Source: Escherichia phage LH2. From it: a stretch of 64,000 bases of DNA. The notes under the pieces were generated by a model, which did not search any database, had not been told where the DNA came from, and saw only the letters and a program-made list of their open reading frames with translations. The stretch lies in sequence record OQ378934.1, one strand, 5' to 3'. This document shows positions 49,334 to 60,257 of the stretch, piece after piece. The position numbers and the translations under genes are program-made. Position 1 is the stretch's first letter. Each line of letters begins with the position of its first letter.

Positions 49334-51106
49334 TTAATTAACTCCAGTCGCATCAAATACACCAGGAGCAGTCGTGCTCGTTACAGGTGTCATATTATGA
49401 ACGACAGTATTTTTCTTAATAACATTATTAGTATTATTGATCGAAGGAGATGCTTGTTGAACAGGAGCTTGCTGTGCTTTGTTCTTTTCTATTACCTGGA
49501 CTTGTTTTGCTTCTGGCGATTTAGCAGAAGTTTCAGGTTTGGCATTAGGTTGATTTTTCTTGAGCTCTTGATAAGTAGCATCAATTTTAGAAAATCTAGC
49601 AGCAAGTTCTTTTTTAACTGCCGGTGAATTATTTAAATCCGGGTCATCCATCCGTTTTTTAAGGTCTTCATAGGCAGCTTCAACTGATTTAACCGTTGAG
49701 TCTTTACTCATATCAGCTGAATTAGCGTATTCATCAAAACGATTCATAGCAGCACGAGCTTCATTAGCTTTCATTAAAGCAATTTTAGCTTCCTCCGGAG
49801 AAAGTTGCTTTAATTTTTCTTCTTCCTCTGCTCTCTCTTCATCAGTCGTTAGTGCTTCTTTATTATCAACGCCACGAATCCAGTTAGATGCACGAGTTTT
49901 CCAGTTCGCAATCTTGTCTAACCCTTTTGCTATCGGACCAAGTTCTCCATTCATTCTTTTATATTGATAGTTTGCAACTTTTTCTTGGTCTTCTTTGTTA
50001 AGAGAAGCATTTGTAGTATTTTGGAAATTTTCTAGTGCTCTTCCTTCTACTTCATCAGCAGTATCCTTCATGCCAGGAATAACTCGAAGAATTGCCGCAG
50101 ATAATTTAGCCATTCCAAGCTGAATAAGTTCTCCTAAATTATAAAGAACCTTTCCAAGCCCTTCTACAATAGCTACCGTCAAACCGCCCCAATCTCCCTC
50201 TTCCCAGAATTTTTTAATTTCATCAATAGAACTAAAGATGCTATGTAATAAAGGACCCCATGTTCCGGTTTCGCTAGAGAATTTAGTAAAGTCTGTACTG
50301 AACAAATCCCAAGCCTGTGAAAATTTATCTGACCAATATTTAAAGTGAACCATCAGCAGGTCTATTCCGACAACAACAGCCAATATCATTGCTGTCATTT
50401 TAGCAGCTTCAATAGCAGCACTGACGGTATACTTAAATAACATGCTTGATATTTTATCAGTAATTGAAATGGATTTCTTAAATCCAAAATCAACAGTCTT
50501 TGTTAATTTATCTAAAGCTTGAGATAATTTTAAGTTAAATGCGTCTTTTTTCTGTTTTTCTTCTGGCGATTCTTGTTTGGGCTCAACTGGCTGAGGGGTA
50601 GGGAAAAAATCAGCATCAGGATCATTATTAACTGCTTCAGGAGCCGGTAATAAAGGACCCACAGATTCAGCTGTATCATCCTCAACAACTTTAACAGGAA
50701 TAGCGCTTTCAACCGTGGCTAAACTGGTTCCTGTTTGTTGAATTCCAGCTGTCTGAATTTTTTGCTCTAGTAAACTTGTTAATTTATCTAATTTGCTCCC
50801 GAGTGATTCACCGATTTCTTTATTAATATTGTTGCCAATTTCAACAGTTTCAGCAATTAACTCAGAACCGGCAGTAGTATCACTCACTGCGTTTTCTACG
50901 TTGTCAATTGCTCCAATTATTTCATTCGATTTTTCTTCGACAGTTTGAGCAATTAATTCAGAAGCAGCTTGAGCATCATCCAATTTCGTAGATATATCGT
51001 TAAGTCCAGATAAAGTGTTAGAAGCGGATTTAGCCGCTTCCTGTGTTGGTTTATTATCTGAAATAACTTTTCTACGCATCGTTTGCATTTCTTGTGGCTT
51101 TTTCAT
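49334..51106 (-). CDS. 29: tail tube tape-measure protein gp29
   Basis: 590-aa ORF (T4 gp29 is 590 aa), largely alpha-helical and low complexity. Confidence 0.9.
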   Translation of the reverse strand: MKKPQEMQTMRRKVISDNKPTQEAAKSASNTLSGLNDISTKLDDAQAASELIAQTVEEKSNEIIGAIDNVENAVSDTTAGSELIAETVEIGNNINKEIGESLGSKLDKLTSLLEQKIQTAGIQQTGTSLATVESAIPVKVVEDDTAESVGPLLPAPEAVNNDPDADFFPTPQPVEPKQESPEEKQKKDAFNLKLSQALDKLTKTVDFGFKKSISITDKISSMLFKYTVSAAIEAAKMTAMILAVVVGIDLLMVHFKYWSDKFSQAWDLFSTDFTKFSSETGTWGPLLHSIFSSIDEIKKFWEEGDWGGLTVAIVEGLGKVLYNLGELIQLGMAKLSAAILRVIPGMKDTADEVEGRALENFQNTTNASLNKEDQEKVANYQYKRMNGELGPIAKGLDKIANWKTRASNWIRGVDNKEALTTDEERAEEEEKLKQLSPEEAKIALMKANEARAAMNRFDEYANSADMSKDSTVKSVEAAYEDLKKRMDDPDLNNSPAVKKELAARFSKIDATYQELKKNQPNAKPETSAKSPEAKQVQVIEKNKAQQAPVQQASPSINNTNNVIKKNTVVHNMTPVTSTTAPGVFDATGVN

Positions 51107-51636
51107 TCAAATAATCCAATAATATTGCCAATTCCGGTTATTGGACCATTAGGGCCAGGAATTGCTAAAGTTGTAAAAATATCATTTGCCCATTTTAAAA
51201 CGAATGCTGGCATCTCAAGAAAATTAATTTCTTTAACTTCATCATTGACCTTAAGCAAGCACTTGGATAACATATCGCTCACCGTTAAAAATTGTTCAAA
51301 TTTTCCAGGAGGTCTAAAATAAAATGTATTTCCTTGGTATTGAAATTCCAATCTTTGGCATACATAAACATCATTAATGTCATAAGTATAACCATCTATT
51401 TCTTTACGAGATTTAATTTTTCCATTAAATTCCAATAAATGAATAGAAACGAAATCAACTTCTGCCGGTGATAAATTTGGACAAATAGAATCAATAAGAA
51501 GTTTTAAATTTTCATCGGGTCCTTTAACATCTTTTAAAATGTTATAATGTTTAAGACCCATTTTAGGAATAGAAACTTCTTTATTGCTTATTGGAAGAAC
51601 TACTTTCTTCAGTGGTAGTATCAGATTTAAATTCAT
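51103..51636 (-). CDS. 28: baseplate hub distal subunit gp28
   Basis: 177-aa ORF (T4 gp28 is 177 aa). Confidence 0.85.
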   Translation of the reverse strand: MNLNLILPLKKVVLPISNKEVSIPKMGLKHYNILKDVKGPDENLKLLIDSICPNLSPAEVDFVSIHLLEFNGKIKSRKEIDGYTYDINDVYVCQRLEFQYQGNTFYFRPPGKFEQFLTVSDMLSKCLLKVNDEVKEINFLEMPAFVLKWANDIFTTLAIPGPNGPITGIGNIIGLFE

Positions 51637-52756
51637 TTTTAACCTTAACTGGGTCTATTGTTTCCAGTTTCGTTGCATTAGTGAACATATATAGATGAGT
51701 TACTGAATTATTATTGGATAATTCGTGGATAACTTCATCAACGTAAAATTCTGTTTTAAATTGGTTTTTACTATCATTAAAAATAATTTTAACGCCAGGG
51801 GTTAAGTTAAAATTACCGACAGTAGAACATTTAGCATAGCCATCGTATTGTGCCATAGTTTGAAGACGAATAGCTTCTTCATATCCATTCCTATAAGTCA
51901 TTTCAGAATAAGCACCTGACCTTGACACTACAATAGAGTTTTCGCCTTTTCCTGTAGTAATCATTGGCAATGAAGAATCTAAAAATGAATGCGCATAGAT
52001 AGTAGCGTTTTTCATTGGGTCGCGTTTGTGAGGATTCGATTTAGTCAACCAAACGAAATCATATGCTAATGGATATTTTAATTCTTGGATGAATTGACCT
52101 ATTAAAGATGGCTCACCGACAATCATTGGATACGGTTCTTGATTTATCATCATATCATAGTCCATCATGTTAACTCCCATGATGTCTTGCCATACAAATA
52201 CAAATTTGTCACTTCCTACAGCTAGAGCAACTTCTCTGACATACGACAAATAGTTTTCAAATGTACTAGTCCACGGAATATCAGGAACATAAGCATTTAT
52301 AGCATTTATCGCTGGAGTTAATAGCGTGCGGTCTTGATAAATGACACCAAGCATTTCCTTTATAGATTCACCTGCATCAGGGAAAAACGGTCTGCCAAAT
52401 TTAAGATTTTCTATAGAATGAATAGTTCCCAATTCAATAGCAATGATGTTATCACCTTTTGAATCTACTGACACTGAAAAATGCTTACATCCATAAATTC
52501 TTGTTTTAACATTATTAATATCGTTTGCATTAGCTACAGAAATCTGAATTATTTCATTTCCATCCATTTTTGTATGGATATTTTTAGAATCATAAAACTG
52601 CAGCATTCCTTCATTTCGGCCATAAAGAGAATCCCGCATAGTTAATGTTGTAATAGTAGCAGCTAATTCAACAAATCTATTATTACTCCAAGCGTCGTAG
52701 CTATCAAACAATTTAACGCTGAGATTTGGATATCCTGGGCGTTGCAACATACTCAT
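51581..52756 (-). CDS. 27: baseplate hub subunit gp27
   Basis: 391-aa ORF (T4 gp27 is 391 aa). Confidence 0.9.
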   Translation of the reverse strand: MSMLQRPGYPNLSVKLFDSYDAWSNNRFVELAATITTLTMRDSLYGRNEGMLQFYDSKNIHTKMDGNEIIQISVANANDINNVKTRIYGCKHFSVSVDSKGDNIIAIELGTIHSIENLKFGRPFFPDAGESIKEMLGVIYQDRTLLTPAINAINAYVPDIPWTSTFENYLSYVREVALAVGSDKFVFVWQDIMGVNMMDYDMMINQEPYPMIVGEPSLIGQFIQELKYPLAYDFVWLTKSNPHKRDPMKNATIYAHSFLDSSLPMITTGKGENSIVVSRSGAYSEMTYRNGYEEAIRLQTMAQYDGYAKCSTVGNFNLTPGVKIIFNDSKNQFKTEFYVDEVIHELSNNNSVTHLYMFTNATKLETIDPVKVKNEFKSDTTTEESSSSNKQ

Positions 52757-53505
52757 TATTGTTTATCCTTCTCAATCAGTTTTAATACGAATCCGCGCTC
52801 GGCAGGAATCATTTTCATTATTGAATTTAAGCTATAATTACTTTTTACGAGTGTGTGATTAATTTGATAAAAAGTAAATATCTCATCTGGGTTAACTAAT
52901 AGCTTAAACACATCTACTATATCAGTGTATTTTTTTACATACTTATCACAGCAGGACATGTGTAGCGTTAAATTAATAGGATTCATTGCATCAAGAATTT
53001 TTTCTAATGTTTCTATCTCGATGGCATCAACAAGTTCTATTTGACTTGATTCACTAATTTCCTTCCAATCATACCATGTTTCATCTACTTGAACAGAATG
53101 AATATTTTCAGTAATCATCTTTGCTTTATTTTCATAAAACTCAGAAGGAAACTTTAATTTAATTTTAACATTAGCTACATCAAAAACAGGTTCCTTTAGT
53201 TCTTTTTGATATATTTCAAATGGAACTGTCTTTTCTTTTTTACATTTTGGACATACAAATGTGACCGGTACTTTAGTTTTACCTATTGACCCTACAAATA
53301 CCTGCAAAAATATAAATGGCTGCCAAGTCTTCGGATAGTCTCCAAAATAATCGGCAATTAAATCAGCAATTATTTCTTTTTGTTCTTGTGGTGACCGATG
53401 TTCTATATCGTTTCGAACTAACAAAAAATCTCGATAATCTTCTACCGTAAATGGTTTAAAACGATGAACACCATCTGGTAATTTACAACGAATAATGTTT
53501 GCCAT
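52756..53505 (-). CDS. 51: baseplate hub assembly catalyst gp51
   Basis: 249-aa ORF (T4 gp51 is 249 aa); first gene of the minus-strand baseplate operon. Confidence 0.9.
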   Translation of the reverse strand: MANIIRCKLPDGVHRFKPFTVEDYRDFLLVRNDIEHRSPQEQKEIIADLIADYFGDYPKTWQPFIFLQVFVGSIGKTKVPVTFVCPKCKKEKTVPFEIYQKELKEPVFDVANVKIKLKFPSEFYENKAKMITENIHSVQVDETWYDWKEISESSQIELVDAIEIETLEKILDAMNPINLTLHMSCCDKYVKKYTDIVDVFKLLVNPDEIFTFYQINHTLVKSNYSLNSIMKMIPAERGFVLKLIEKDKQ

Positions 53506-53522
53506 AGATGCTCCTTTTATTC

Positions 53523-53534
53523 TATTTATAAATA
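53523..53534. promoter_or_regulatory. divergent late promoters for genes 51 (-) and 26 (+) within a 12-bp palindrome TATTTATAAATA
   Basis: tatttataaata is its own reverse complement and contains TATAAATA on both strands, centred between the divergent start codons at 53505 and 53556. Confidence 0.7.
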
Positions 53535-53555
53535 TGATAAATAAAGGAGCTAAAT

Positions 53556-54182
53556 ATGTATGAATACAAATTTGACGTGAGAGTTGGTTCTAAAATAATC
53601 AACTGTCGTGCATTTACTCTTAAAGAATATCTAGAACTTATTACTGCTAAAAAGAACGGTTCAGTCAAAGAGATTGTTAAAAAGCTAATCAAAGACTGCA
53701 CAAATGCAAAAGATTTAAACCGCCAAGAATCAGAACTACTGCTGATTCATTTATGGGCACATTCTCTTGGAGAAGTTAATCACGAAAACTCCTGGAAGTG
53801 CACCTGTGGAACTGAAATACCAACCCATATAAATCTATTACATACACAAATAGATGCACCAGAAGACCTCTGGTATACACTGGGTGACATTAAAATTAAG
53901 TTCCATTACCCTAAAATTTTTGATGATAAAAACATAGCCCACATGATAGTATCATGTATAGAAACAATTCATGCTAACGGTGAAAGCATTCCAATTGAAG
54001 ACTTGAATGAAAAAGAGTTGGAAGATTTATATTCTATCATCACAGAGTCAGATATTGTAGCTATAAAAGATATGCTTTTAAAGCCTACTGTTTATTTGGC
54101 TGTTCCAATTAAGTGTCCAGAGTGTGGAAAATCTCACGCTCATGTAATAAGAGGACTCAAAGAATTCTTTGAGCTATTGTAA
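53556..54182 (+). CDS. 26: baseplate hub subunit gp26
   Basis: 208-aa ORF (T4 gp26 is 208 aa). Confidence 0.9.
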   Translation: MYEYKFDVRVGSKIINCRAFTLKEYLELITAKKNGSVKEIVKKLIKDCTNAKDLNRQESELLLIHLWAHSLGEVNHENSWKCTCGTEIPTHINLLHTQIDAPEDLWYTLGDIKIKFHYPKIFDDKNIAHMIVSCIETIHANGESIPIEDLNEKELEDLYSIITESDIVAIKDMLLKPTVYLAVPIKCPECGKSHAHVIRGLKEFFELL

Positions 54183-54580
54183 TGGCAAATATTAATAAGC
54201 TTTATTCTGACATTGACCCAGAAATGAAAATGGATTGGGACAAAGACGTTTCCAGATCTCTTGGATTAAGGTCAATTAAAAATAGTCTTTTAGGAATTAT
54301 TACAACCAGGAAAGGGTCAAGGCCATTTGACCCAGAATTTGGATGCGATTTATCTGATCAGCTTTTTGAGAATATGACTCCTCTTACGGCTGATACAGTT
54401 GAGCGTAACATTGAAAGCGCAGTAAGAAACTACGAGCCACGTATTGATAAATTAGCAGTTAATGTAATACCGGTTTATGATGATTATACTCTGATAGTAG
54501 AAATACGCTTTTCGGTCATCGATAATCCTGATGATATTGAGCAGATAAAACTGCAACTGGCTTCTAGTAACAGAGTATAA
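54182..54580 (+). CDS. 25: baseplate wedge subunit gp25
   Basis: 132-aa ORF (T4 gp25 is 132 aa). Confidence 0.9.
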   Translation: MANINKLYSDIDPEMKMDWDKDVSRSLGLRSIKNSLLGIITTRKGSRPFDPEFGCDLSDQLFENMTPLTADTVERNIESAVRNYEPRIDKLAVNVIPVYDDYTLIVEIRFSVIDNPDDIEQIKLQLASSNRV

Positions 54581-54606
54581 TGCTTCACGTGTAAACGTGG
54601 TATAAT
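54581..54606 (+). promoter_or_regulatory. uvsY middle promoter (MotA box TGCTTCA 54581-54587, TATAAT 54601-54606)
   Basis: aTGCTTCAcgtgtaaacgtggTATAAT with 13-nt spacing; in T4 this promoter region also functions as replication origin ori(uvsY)/oriF. Confidence 0.7.
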
Positions 54607-54646
54607 GAATCTAAGTCCATCCAATAACAATTGAATAGAGAACAAT

Positions 54647-55060
54647 ATGAGATTAGAAGATCTTCAAGAAGAATTGAAGAAAGATGTGTTTATAGATTCG
54701 ACTAAATTACAGTATGAAGCAGCTAATAATGTGATGTTATATAGTAAATGGCTTAATAAGCATTCAAGTATTAAAAAGGAAATGCTTAGAATTGACGCAC
54801 AGAAAAAAGTTGCTCTTAAAGCTAAATTAGACTACTACTCGGGACGAGGAGATGGTGATGAATTTAGTATGGACCGTTATGAGAAATCAGAAATGAAGAC
54901 AGTTCTATCAGCTGATAAGGATGTTTTAAAAGTTGATACTTCATTACAATATTGGGGAATTTTATTAGATTTCTGTAGCGGAGCTCTTGATGCTATTAAA
55001 TCACGTGGATTTGCTATTAAGCATATTCAAGACATGCGAGCATTTGAGGCTGGAAAATAG
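54647..55060 (+). CDS. uvsY: recombination mediator UvsY
   Basis: 137-aa ORF (T4 UvsY is 137 aa). Confidence 0.95.
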   Translation: MRLEDLQEELKKDVFIDSTKLQYEAANNVMLYSKWLNKHSSIKKEMLRIDAQKKVALKAKLDYYSGRGDGDEFSMDRYEKSEMKTVLSADKDVLKVDTSLQYWGILLDFCSGALDAIKSRGFAIKHIQDMRAFEAGK

Positions 55061-55209
55061 TGAGGTTAATTATGAAAGAAAATATTAGTAAGATTCTTGA
55101 TGAGATGGTGATTTCTGCTAATCGTATTACGGAAATCGTTAATGAAATGAAAGCCAGAGCAGCTGTTATGAAGGCTAATAAATAGATATATAATTCAGAG
55201 GAGACAATC

Positions 55210-55377
55210 ATGTCAGATAAGATTTGTGTTGTCTGTAAAACTCCAATCGATTCTGCATTGGTTGTTGAAACAGACAAAGGTCCTGTACATCCTGGGCCTT
55301 GCTATAATTACATTAAAGAACTACCAGTTTCAGAAAGTTCGGAAGAACAATTAAATGAAACACAACTTTTGCTATAG
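55210..55377 (+). CDS. small Cys-containing ORF (55 aa, zinc-ribbon-like)
   Basis: Unlisted ORF MSDKICVVCKTPIDSALVVETDKGPVHPGPCYNY… with CxxC…C spacing and aggagacaatc RBS. Confidence 0.3.
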   Translation: MSDKICVVCKTPIDSALVVETDKGPVHPGPCYNYIKELPVSESSEEQLNETQLLL

Positions 55378-55433
55378 TGTGACCTTTAGTCTATAGTTTT
55401 GGCCCTTCCTTTTTGGTTGGGCCTTTTTTTAAT

Positions 55434-55676
55434 TTAAAAGCTTTCTTCTACTTCATCGTCTGAATCTTCTAATTCAGCTCTTTTTCCTGCCAAAGCATCT
55501 CTCACAGAGATGTCATCAGTATCTTTTAATTCAGTTTCTTTAACTCTTTTCTTATAATAAGCTTCAAGTTCTTCTAGACCTTCTAATGTTTGGCAAGAGG
55601 CAATTTTACCCATAAATTCATCAATAGAAGCTTCATAAAGAAATTGTTTAAATTCTAGTAACATCTTTTTCTCCAA
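55434..55676 (-). CDS. uvsW.1: UvsW.1 (small acidic protein downstream of uvsW)
   Basis: 80-aa ORF (76 aa from the second Met) directly downstream of uvsW on the - strand, separated from it by a hairpin. Confidence 0.7.
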   Translation of the reverse strand: MEKKMLLEFKQFLYEASIDEFMGKIASCQTLEGLEELEAYYKKRVKETELKDTDDISVRDALAGKRAELEDSDDEVEESF

Positions 55677-55689
55677 AGGGCCGAAGCCC

Positions 55690-57198
55690 TTATAAATTAA
55701 CTGTTTTCATTACGTAATTAAATTTTTCATCTGCGTAGCGCTGAATACGATCAATGCCGTGTTTTAAAAGATAGTTCAAATGCGAGTATTTTTTAGAAGA
55801 TGTTTTTGATTTAGAAACTACGCCCGCGTCATCTATGAGGTCCCAGACCGTTGCGATTGTTTTAGAACCATGCTTACGTAATACGCGACCTATTGTTTGC
55901 AATACAATAATTTTAGATTTAACACCGTGCGCTAAAACAACGTGATGCAGATTTTTAACTGAAATACCAGTAGAAAATACACCATAACTCGCTACTATAA
56001 TTATTCCTTTACCATTTTCAGCTAAGGTTTTCATTATATTGCGGGTTTCGGTATCAACTTCCCCTGATACGTAATAAACTTTATCGTATTCATTTTTAAT
56101 TAAATCGAAAATAGCTTTACCGTGCGATACATGTTTAAACATGACAAAAGCGTTTTCATCTTTTTGTGCAAGCTTAATAGCTAATTTAGCGATCCATTTA
56201 TTTCTTTTACTGAGCCCAGTAATAATTTTTATTTCTTCTTGGTAAGTTTTTCCCTTTAATTTAGTAGTGAACTCATCGGGATAGCGAAGAAAAATACTAT
56301 TAATTTTTAGCTCAGTTACTTGTCCATCTTCCATTAATTTAGAAGTCGTTACTGGCTTAAATATTTCACCAAACATTCCAACATACTGCATGATATTGGC
56401 TTTGCCATCACGTAATGAACCGGACAAACCAAATTTAAACATGCAGTTATTTAAACCTGATATGATAGATGAAATACTTTTTCCTGTAGCAAGATGGCAT
56501 TCATCATTCATCATCATTCCAAACTGTGAGAACCATTCTTTCGGTTGTTTTACTACAGTTTGCCATGTACCAACAACGACTGGTGCATCATTTTTATATT
56601 TATCATCTTTTGATGCTCCACCACCAATTTTCTTTATCATTGCATGACTGAATAAACGATAGTCAACAAAGTCATCAGCCATCTGAGTTGTCAGAGCAGT
56701 TGTTGGAACAATGATAAGAATTTTACCTTCATAATTTTCCAAATAATATCGAGCAAGCAAAGCTTGAATTAAGGATTTACCTGCGGATGTTGGAAGATTA
56801 AGAATTCTACGACGATTAACTAATCCTTCGAACACTGCATCTTTTTGATACCAATGCGGTTCAATTCTTTTATTTCCTGAATAGATTTCTAATTTAGAAA
56901 GCCATTCATCAAAATCTTTTCTTGATAATTCTTCTTTTTCGTTAATCTGTGGGTCAATCCAGGCTTTATAGCCAAAGTTATCACAGAACTTTTTAATTTG
57001 CCCGACTAAGCCGAATGGAAGAAGACGATTATAATCTAAAAGACGGATTCGTCCATCCCAGTTGCCATATCTGAAGCGAGGATTAAACCTATATCCATCG
57101 GCCTCAAACGAAAAGAAATCTCTTAATTCGTGGAACGTGCTCTCTTCACAATCGATGCGTACATGACTGAAGTCGTGAAAATGTACTTTAATATCCAT
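55690..57198 (-). CDS. uvsW: RNA-DNA and DNA-DNA helicase UvsW
   Basis: 502-aa ORF with SF2 helicase motifs (Walker A TSAGKS, DEAD-box-like MMNDECH). Confidence 0.9.
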   Translation of the reverse strand: MDIKVHFHDFSHVRIDCEESTFHELRDFFSFEADGYRFNPRFRYGNWDGRIRLLDYNRLLPFGLVGQIKKFCDNFGYKAWIDPQINEKEELSRKDFDEWLSKLEIYSGNKRIEPHWYQKDAVFEGLVNRRRILNLPTSAGKSLIQALLARYYLENYEGKILIIVPTTALTTQMADDFVDYRLFSHAMIKKIGGGASKDDKYKNDAPVVVGTWQTVVKQPKEWFSQFGMMMNDECHLATGKSISSIISGLNNCMFKFGLSGSLRDGKANIMQYVGMFGEIFKPVTTSKLMEDGQVTELKINSIFLRYPDEFTTKLKGKTYQEEIKIITGLSKRNKWIAKLAIKLAQKDENAFVMFKHVSHGKAIFDLIKNEYDKVYYVSGEVDTETRNIMKTLAENGKGIIIVASYGVFSTGISVKNLHHVVLAHGVKSKIIVLQTIGRVLRKHGSKTIATVWDLIDDAGVVSKSKTSSKKYSHLNYLLKHGIDRIQRYADEKFNYVMKTVNL

Positions 57199-57200
57199 AA

Positions 57201-57818
57201 TTATGCCTTACTAAATTTGCCTTTAGAGTCTCTTTTCATGAGACGACCTTTAATAAATCCGTCGGGAATAATACCGTCTGGTTGTATTAATTTATTTATT
57301 GCTCCATTATTGACCCAAAAAGTTCCTGTGGTAGTCGGTTTGACTTTACATCCTTTTCTGGACTTTCTATTAAGATGAACCATCCCTTTTACAAATCCTT
57401 CTGGAACAAGTTCTCCAGGTTTAATAAAAATATTTTTAGTTCCATTAGTGTAACAAGTTGTACCTAATACCGTGCCCGGTGAGTTTTCAAATCTCTTAGC
57501 GGAAGATTCTTTCATCTTTGCTATAACCTCTGCAGTCATAACAATTCCACCAATTCCACCAGGTTTCATATTATAATAATTTTTGCTTTTTATTAGTTCA
57601 GGAGTTATAATTTCTTCTTCATACATGTACGCTTCTTCGGAAGTTTTAAACTCTTTTAGTATTGTTCTAGAGAAATTCTTTTCACCATATTTCTTTATAG
57701 CCTGCTGAATTGCCTTACCGGAACCAAGGTAGCCATCATTCAAGTCATCAGTAGAGTGTTTTCCTATATACTTTTTACCATTTATTAGATTTGTCGTTTC
57801 ATATACAAAGTGATACAT
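57201..57818 (-). CDS. segE: GIY-YIG site-specific endonuclease SegE-like
   Basis: 205-aa ORF with N-terminal GIY-YIG motif (YHFVYETTNLINGKKYIGKH) at the T4 segE position between uvsW and inh. Confidence 0.75.
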   Translation of the reverse strand: MYHFVYETTNLINGKKYIGKHSTDDLNDGYLGSGKAIQQAIKKYGEKNFSRTILKEFKTSEEAYMYEEEIITPELIKSKNYYNMKPGGIGGIVMTAEVIAKMKESSAKRFENSPGTVLGTTCYTNGTKNIFIKPGELVPEGFVKGMVHLNRKSRKGCKVKPTTTGTFWVNNGAINKLIQPDGIIPDGFIKGRLMKRDSKGKFSKA

Positions 57819-57846
57819 ACTATTTTCCGAGTAATAAATATATCTA

Positions 57847-57854
57847 TATTTATA
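57847..57854 (-). promoter_or_regulatory. late promoter TATAAATA upstream of segE
   Basis: Plus-strand tatttata is TATAAATA on the - strand, about 30 nt upstream of the segE start. Confidence 0.5.
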
Positions 57855-57867
57855 CTGAGGAAATATT

Positions 57868-58548
57868 ATGATAGATAAAGATTATATTGCAGAGCTGAAG
57901 GCTCTTGATGATAATAAAGAAGCTAAGGCTAAATTAGCTGAATATGCTGAACAGTTTGGTATAAAGGTCAAAAAGAATAAATCTTTTGATAATATCGTTA
58001 TTGATATTGAAGAAGCCCTCCAGAAGCTCGCTAGTGAACCTATGCCAGAGACTGATGGGTTATCTATTAAAGACTTAATCAATGCTGCTGATGCCGCAGA
58101 GGGGTTAAAATATGACGATGAAGAAGTCAATCCAGAGGCAGCACTTCTGATTGATTCTCCGGTTAAATCTGATATTAAAATTGAAGTAGTCGAAACGGAT
58201 AAAATTCCCGAAAATACCGATGTTTTGATTGAAGATACTCCTTTTGTTGAAGAAAAATTCGAACAGGCTATAACTGAGATTATTGAATCTGAAAAGCCGT
58301 CTGTATTTACTCTTCCGGAAAACTTTAGTCCTAATCTTCAGCTGATTGGAAAAAATCCAGGATTCTGCACTGTTCCTTGGTGGATTTATCAATGGATTGC
58401 TGAAACTCCGGATTGGAAATCTCACCCAACTAGTTTTGAACACGCGTCGGCACATCAAACTTTATTTAGCTTAATTTACTACATTAACCGTGACGGATCA
58501 GTTCTAATTCGTGAAACACGCAATTCTTCTTTCGTAACATTAAAATAA
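57868..58548 (+). CDS. inh: Inh-like protein (inhibitor of prohead protease)
   Basis: 226-aa ORF (T4 Inh is 226 aa) immediately upstream of hoc. Confidence 0.7.
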   Translation: MIDKDYIAELKALDDNKEAKAKLAEYAEQFGIKVKKNKSFDNIVIDIEEALQKLASEPMPETDGLSIKDLINAADAAEGLKYDDEEVNPEAALLIDSPVKSDIKIEVVETDKIPENTDVLIEDTPFVEEKFEQAITEIIESEKPSVFTLPENFSPNLQLIGKNPGFCTVPWWIYQWIAETPDWKSHPTSFEHASAHQTLFSLIYYINRDGSVLIRETRNSSFVTLK

Positions 58549-58557
58549 GGATAACTT

Positions 58558-59688
58558 ATGGCTTTTACAGTTGATATAACTCCTAAAACACCTACTGGAG
58601 TTATAGATCAGACCCAGCAGTTTACTGCTACACCCAGTGGTCAAACTGGAGATGGACCTATTACATATGCTTGGACTGTAGATGATGTTCCACAAGATGG
58701 AGCTGAAGCAACTTTTAATTATGTACTAAAAGGACCTGCCGGTCAAAAAACTATTAAAGTAGTTGCAACAAACCCAGTTCCAGATACTGATGCTGAAACA
58801 GCAGAAGCTACTACAACTATCACAGTTCAAAATAAGACACAGACAACTACCTTGGCAGTAACTCCTGCTAGTCCTGCTGCTGGAGTGATTGGAACTCCGG
58901 TTCAATTTACTGCTGCCTTAGCTTCTCAACCTGATGGAGCGTCTGCCACGTATCAGTGGTATGTAGATGATTCACAAGTTGGTGGAGAAACTAACTCTAC
59001 ATTTAACTATACTCCAACTACAAGTGGAGTAAAAAGAATTAAATGCGTAGCCCAAGTAACTGCAGAAAATTATAATGAAAAGGAAGTTACTTCTAATGAA
59101 GTATCACTGACTGTTAATAGGAAGACAATGAATCCACAGGTTACATTGACTCCTCCTTCTATTAATGTTCAGCAGGATGCTTCGGCTACATTTACTGCTA
59201 ATGTCACTGATGCCCCGGAAGAAGCGCAAATTACGTATTCATGGAAGAAAGATTCTTCTCCTGTAGAAGGATCAACTAATGTATACACCGTTGATACATC
59301 ATCTATTGGAAGTCAAACTATTGAAGTTACTGCAACTGTTACAGCAACTGACTATGATAGCAAAACTATTACAGCAGAAGGTCAAGTTCAGGTAACTGAT
59401 AAAGTTGCTCCGGAACCGGAAGGTGAATTGCCTTATGTTCATCCTCTTCCACATCGTACTTCAGCTTATATCTGGTGCGGTTGGTGGGTTATGGATGAAA
59501 TCCAAAAAATGACTGAAGAAGGTAAAGATTGGAAAACTGACGATCCAGACAGTAAATACTACCTGCATCGTTACACTCTCCAGAAGATGATGAAAGACTA
59601 TCCAGAAGTTGATGTTCAAGAATCGCGCAATGGATACATCATTCATAAAACTGCTTTAGAAACTGGTATCATCTATACCTATCCATAA
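58558..59688 (+). CDS. hoc: highly immunogenic outer capsid protein Hoc
   Basis: 376-aa ORF (T4 Hoc is 376 aa) composed of repeated Ig-like segments (…TPSGQTGDGPITYAWTVDD…, …QPDGASATYQWYVDD…, …PEEAQITYSWKKD…). Confidence 0.9.
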   Translation: MAFTVDITPKTPTGVIDQTQQFTATPSGQTGDGPITYAWTVDDVPQDGAEATFNYVLKGPAGQKTIKVVATNPVPDTDAETAEATTTITVQNKTQTTTLAVTPASPAAGVIGTPVQFTAALASQPDGASATYQWYVDDSQVGGETNSTFNYTPTTSGVKRIKCVAQVTAENYNEKEVTSNEVSLTVNRKTMNPQVTLTPPSINVQQDASATFTANVTDAPEEAQITYSWKKDSSPVEGSTNVYTVDTSSIGSQTIEVTATVTATDYDSKTITAEGQVQVTDKVAPEPEGELPYVHPLPHRTSAYIWCGWWVMDEIQKMTEEGKDWKTDDPDSKYYLHRYTLQKMMKDYPEVDVQESRNGYIIHKTALETGIIYTYP

Positions 59689-59691
59689 TCT

Positions 59692-59720
59692 TAGGGGCTT
59701 CGGCCCCTTTCTTCATTTTG
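59692..59720 (+). terminator. rho-independent terminator (aggggcttcggcccct plus T-rich run)
   Basis: GC-rich hairpin followed by tttcttcatttt after hoc. Confidence 0.7.
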
Positions 59721-59776
59721 AAAGCACACAAAACACAATCAGAAAATGATGTATATAATGGCACCAACTCGATAAC

Positions 59777-59992
59777 ATGAGATTGATTATGAGAACTGAG
59801 GTTGTGGTGTTTACTCTTCATGAGTCTGGAAAGTCATTCATTGAAATTGCTCGTGAATTGAACTTACAGGCGAAAGAAGTGGCTGTATTATGGGCTCGAG
59901 CTATGACTGCTAAAAATAAATTTGAGACTCGAGAAAAAGTTGTCTATAGAAAAAGACATATTAATAAAAAGGTGAAAAATGGAACAGTATGA
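59777..59992 (+). CDS. small HTH-like protein (71 aa)
   Basis: Contains helix-turn-helix-like segment ESGKSFIEIARELNLQAKEVAVLWARAM. Confidence 0.4.
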   Translation: MRLIMRTEVVVFTLHESGKSFIEIARELNLQAKEVAVLWARAMTAKNKFETREKVVYRKRHINKKVKNGTV

Positions 59993-60257
59993 TCTTTATG
60001 AAAATGAATCTTTTGCTAATCAATTACGCGAAAAAGCACTTAAAAGTAAACAGTTTAAACTAGAGTGTTTTATTAAAGATTTTTCGGAACTTGCTAATAA
60101 AGCAGCTGAACAAGGTAAAACATATTTTAGTTATTATTGCACTACTCGCGATAAATTGATTACTGAAGAAATTGGTGATTGGCTGAGAAAAGAAGGATTT
60201 AGCTTTAAAGCCAATAGTGATCAGCGTGATGGTGATTGGTTAGAAATTACATTTTGA
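59979..60257 (+). CDS. hypothetical protein (92 aa)
   Basis: ORF upstream of rnlB. Confidence 0.45.
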   Translation: MEQYDLYENESFANQLREKALKSKQFKLECFIKDFSELANKAAEQGKTYFSYYCTTRDKLITEEIGDWLRKEGFSFKANSDQRDGDWLEITF

